Position numbers and translations under genes: made by a program. Positions 1 through 440 of a DNA stretch of 440 nucleotides are shown piece by piece. The DNA is from Escherichia coli (GTDB lineage: Bacteria > Pseudomonadota > Gammaproteobacteria > Enterobacterales > Enterobacteriaceae), in NCBI RefSeq assembly GCF_003334385.1, contig NZ_QOWN01000181.1; one strand, given 5' to 3'. How positions within the stretch are numbered: the first letter of the stretch is position 1; every line of letters starts with the position of its first letter. The notes under the pieces were generated by a model, which worked only from the letters and a program-made list of their open reading frames with translations, did no database searches and had not been told where the DNA came from.

Positions 1-440
1 GCCGTGGTGTGGACGCCCGTCAGCCTTCCCGTGTCGCTGTAACGGTACTCCCGGCTCTCCTGCGGGCCGCTGATGCGGATTAGCTGTCCGTTGTCGTTCC
101 AGTCGTAGTCACGGTCAAGCTGCGGAAGGTTCAGGTGCCTGCTCCGGAGCTGGCCGCTGGTATTCCAGGCGGTGGCAAGTTCATATGCCTCCCCGCCGAA
201 GCTGCGGGCCGTCTCACGGTGCAGCCTGTCCCGCGTGTACTCGACCAGCGGTGTTCCGCCCAGCTTCATCCCCGCAAGATAACCGCTGCCATACGTCAGC
301 CACTCCACCGGCGGCAGACCGTCCGGCTCCTGACGGGTCGCCAGCCCCTGTTCGCTGTACGCATGCCCCGTCTCATGCTCCCACAGCATCTCCCCCGTCT
401 CCGGGTTCTCCACCGTCTGCCGTTCGCCCGTCAGGCGGCC
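1..440 (-). CDS. rhs: Rhs family protein, internal fragment of the conserved YD-repeat core (partial at both ends; N-terminus toward higher coordinates, C-terminus toward lower coordinates)
   Basis: Seen in sequence: the minus-strand frame starting at base 440 is open for 146 codons (bases 3-440 in frame, bases 1-2 a partial codon), and all five other frames contain stops. Third-position GC is about 83% (121 of 146 codons end in G or C). The translation contains YD-repeat motifs (EYRYSDTGRLTGV, DRDYDWNDNGQLIRIS, GRLTGE) and the block VEWLTYGSGYLAGMKLGGTPLVEYTRDRLHRET, which I recognise from memory as part of the E. coli Rhs core. The family call is established knowledge plus recall, not a database search. 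Which paralogue (rhsA, B, C, D or another) cannot be decided from this fragment. Confidence 0.92.

Noticed and set aside
1-108. Possible plus-strand ORFs
   Set aside because: All three plus-strand frames hit stops early (TAA at 40-42, TGA at 71-73, TAG at 81-83, another TAG at 106-108). No plus-strand ORF of meaningful length exists, and the minus strand carries a full-length open frame with strong codon bias.
141-150. Perfect 10-bp palindrome gctccggagc
   Set aside because: It is a contiguous palindrome with no loop and no following T-tract, and it sits inside the coding frame (encoding part of QLRS), so it is not a terminator or a convincing operator. A palindrome of this size occurring by chance in 67% GC sequence is unremarkable.
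267-389. Internal ATG codons on the minus strand (bases 267-269 and 387-389) as possible start codons
   Set aside because: The reading frame is open and homologous to the Rhs core upstream of both, so they are internal methionines. No start can be placed inside this window.
210-421. Recurring cgtctc / ccgtctc motif on the plus strand (around 210-216, 369-374, 396-401, 414-421)
   Set aside because: On the coding strand these are GAGACG(G) codon pairs for the recurring Glu-Thr(-Gly) peptide motifs (PETGE, HETGH, RETA). This is protein-level repetition of the YD-repeat shell, not a DNA-level repeat array, CRISPR or binding-site cluster.
1-440. A previously undescribed biological system inside this window
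   Set aside because: The window is fully accounted for by one well-known gene family (the Rhs YD-repeat core). I see no unexplained intergenic structure, RNA gene, repeat array or unassigned ORF, so claiming novelty from these 440 bases would be unsupported.
1-440. Promoter, RBS, rho-independent terminator or CRISPR features
   Set aside because: There is no AT-rich stretch, no stem-loop followed by a T-run, and no spaced direct repeats. The sequence is uniformly GC-rich coding DNA.

Overview
The whole 440-bp window is an internal fragment of a single protein-coding gene on the minus strand, with no start or stop codon in view. The reverse-complement frame that begins at base 440 is open for 146 codons, while the other five frames are closed by stops (plus-strand stops at 40-42, 71-73 and 81-83). 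The translation reads GRLTGERQTVENPETGEMLWEHETGHAYSEQGLATRQEPDGLPPVEWLTYGSGYLAGMKLGGTPLVEYTRDRLHRETARSFGGEAYELATAWNTSGQLRSRHLNLPQLDRDYDWNDNGQLIRISGPQESREYRYSDTGRLTGVHTT. It carries YD-repeat motifs and a block I recognise as the conserved core of enterobacterial Rhs (rearrangement hotspot) proteins, which are polymorphic toxins. GC content is about 67% (293/440) and third-codon-position GC about 83%, which fits an Rhs core. I see no RNA gene, CRISPR array, promoter, terminator or mobile-element end in the window. Nothing here supports a previously undescribed system: any novelty would sit in the variable C-terminal toxin tip and immunity gene, which lie beyond the low-coordinate edge of the window and cannot be seen.
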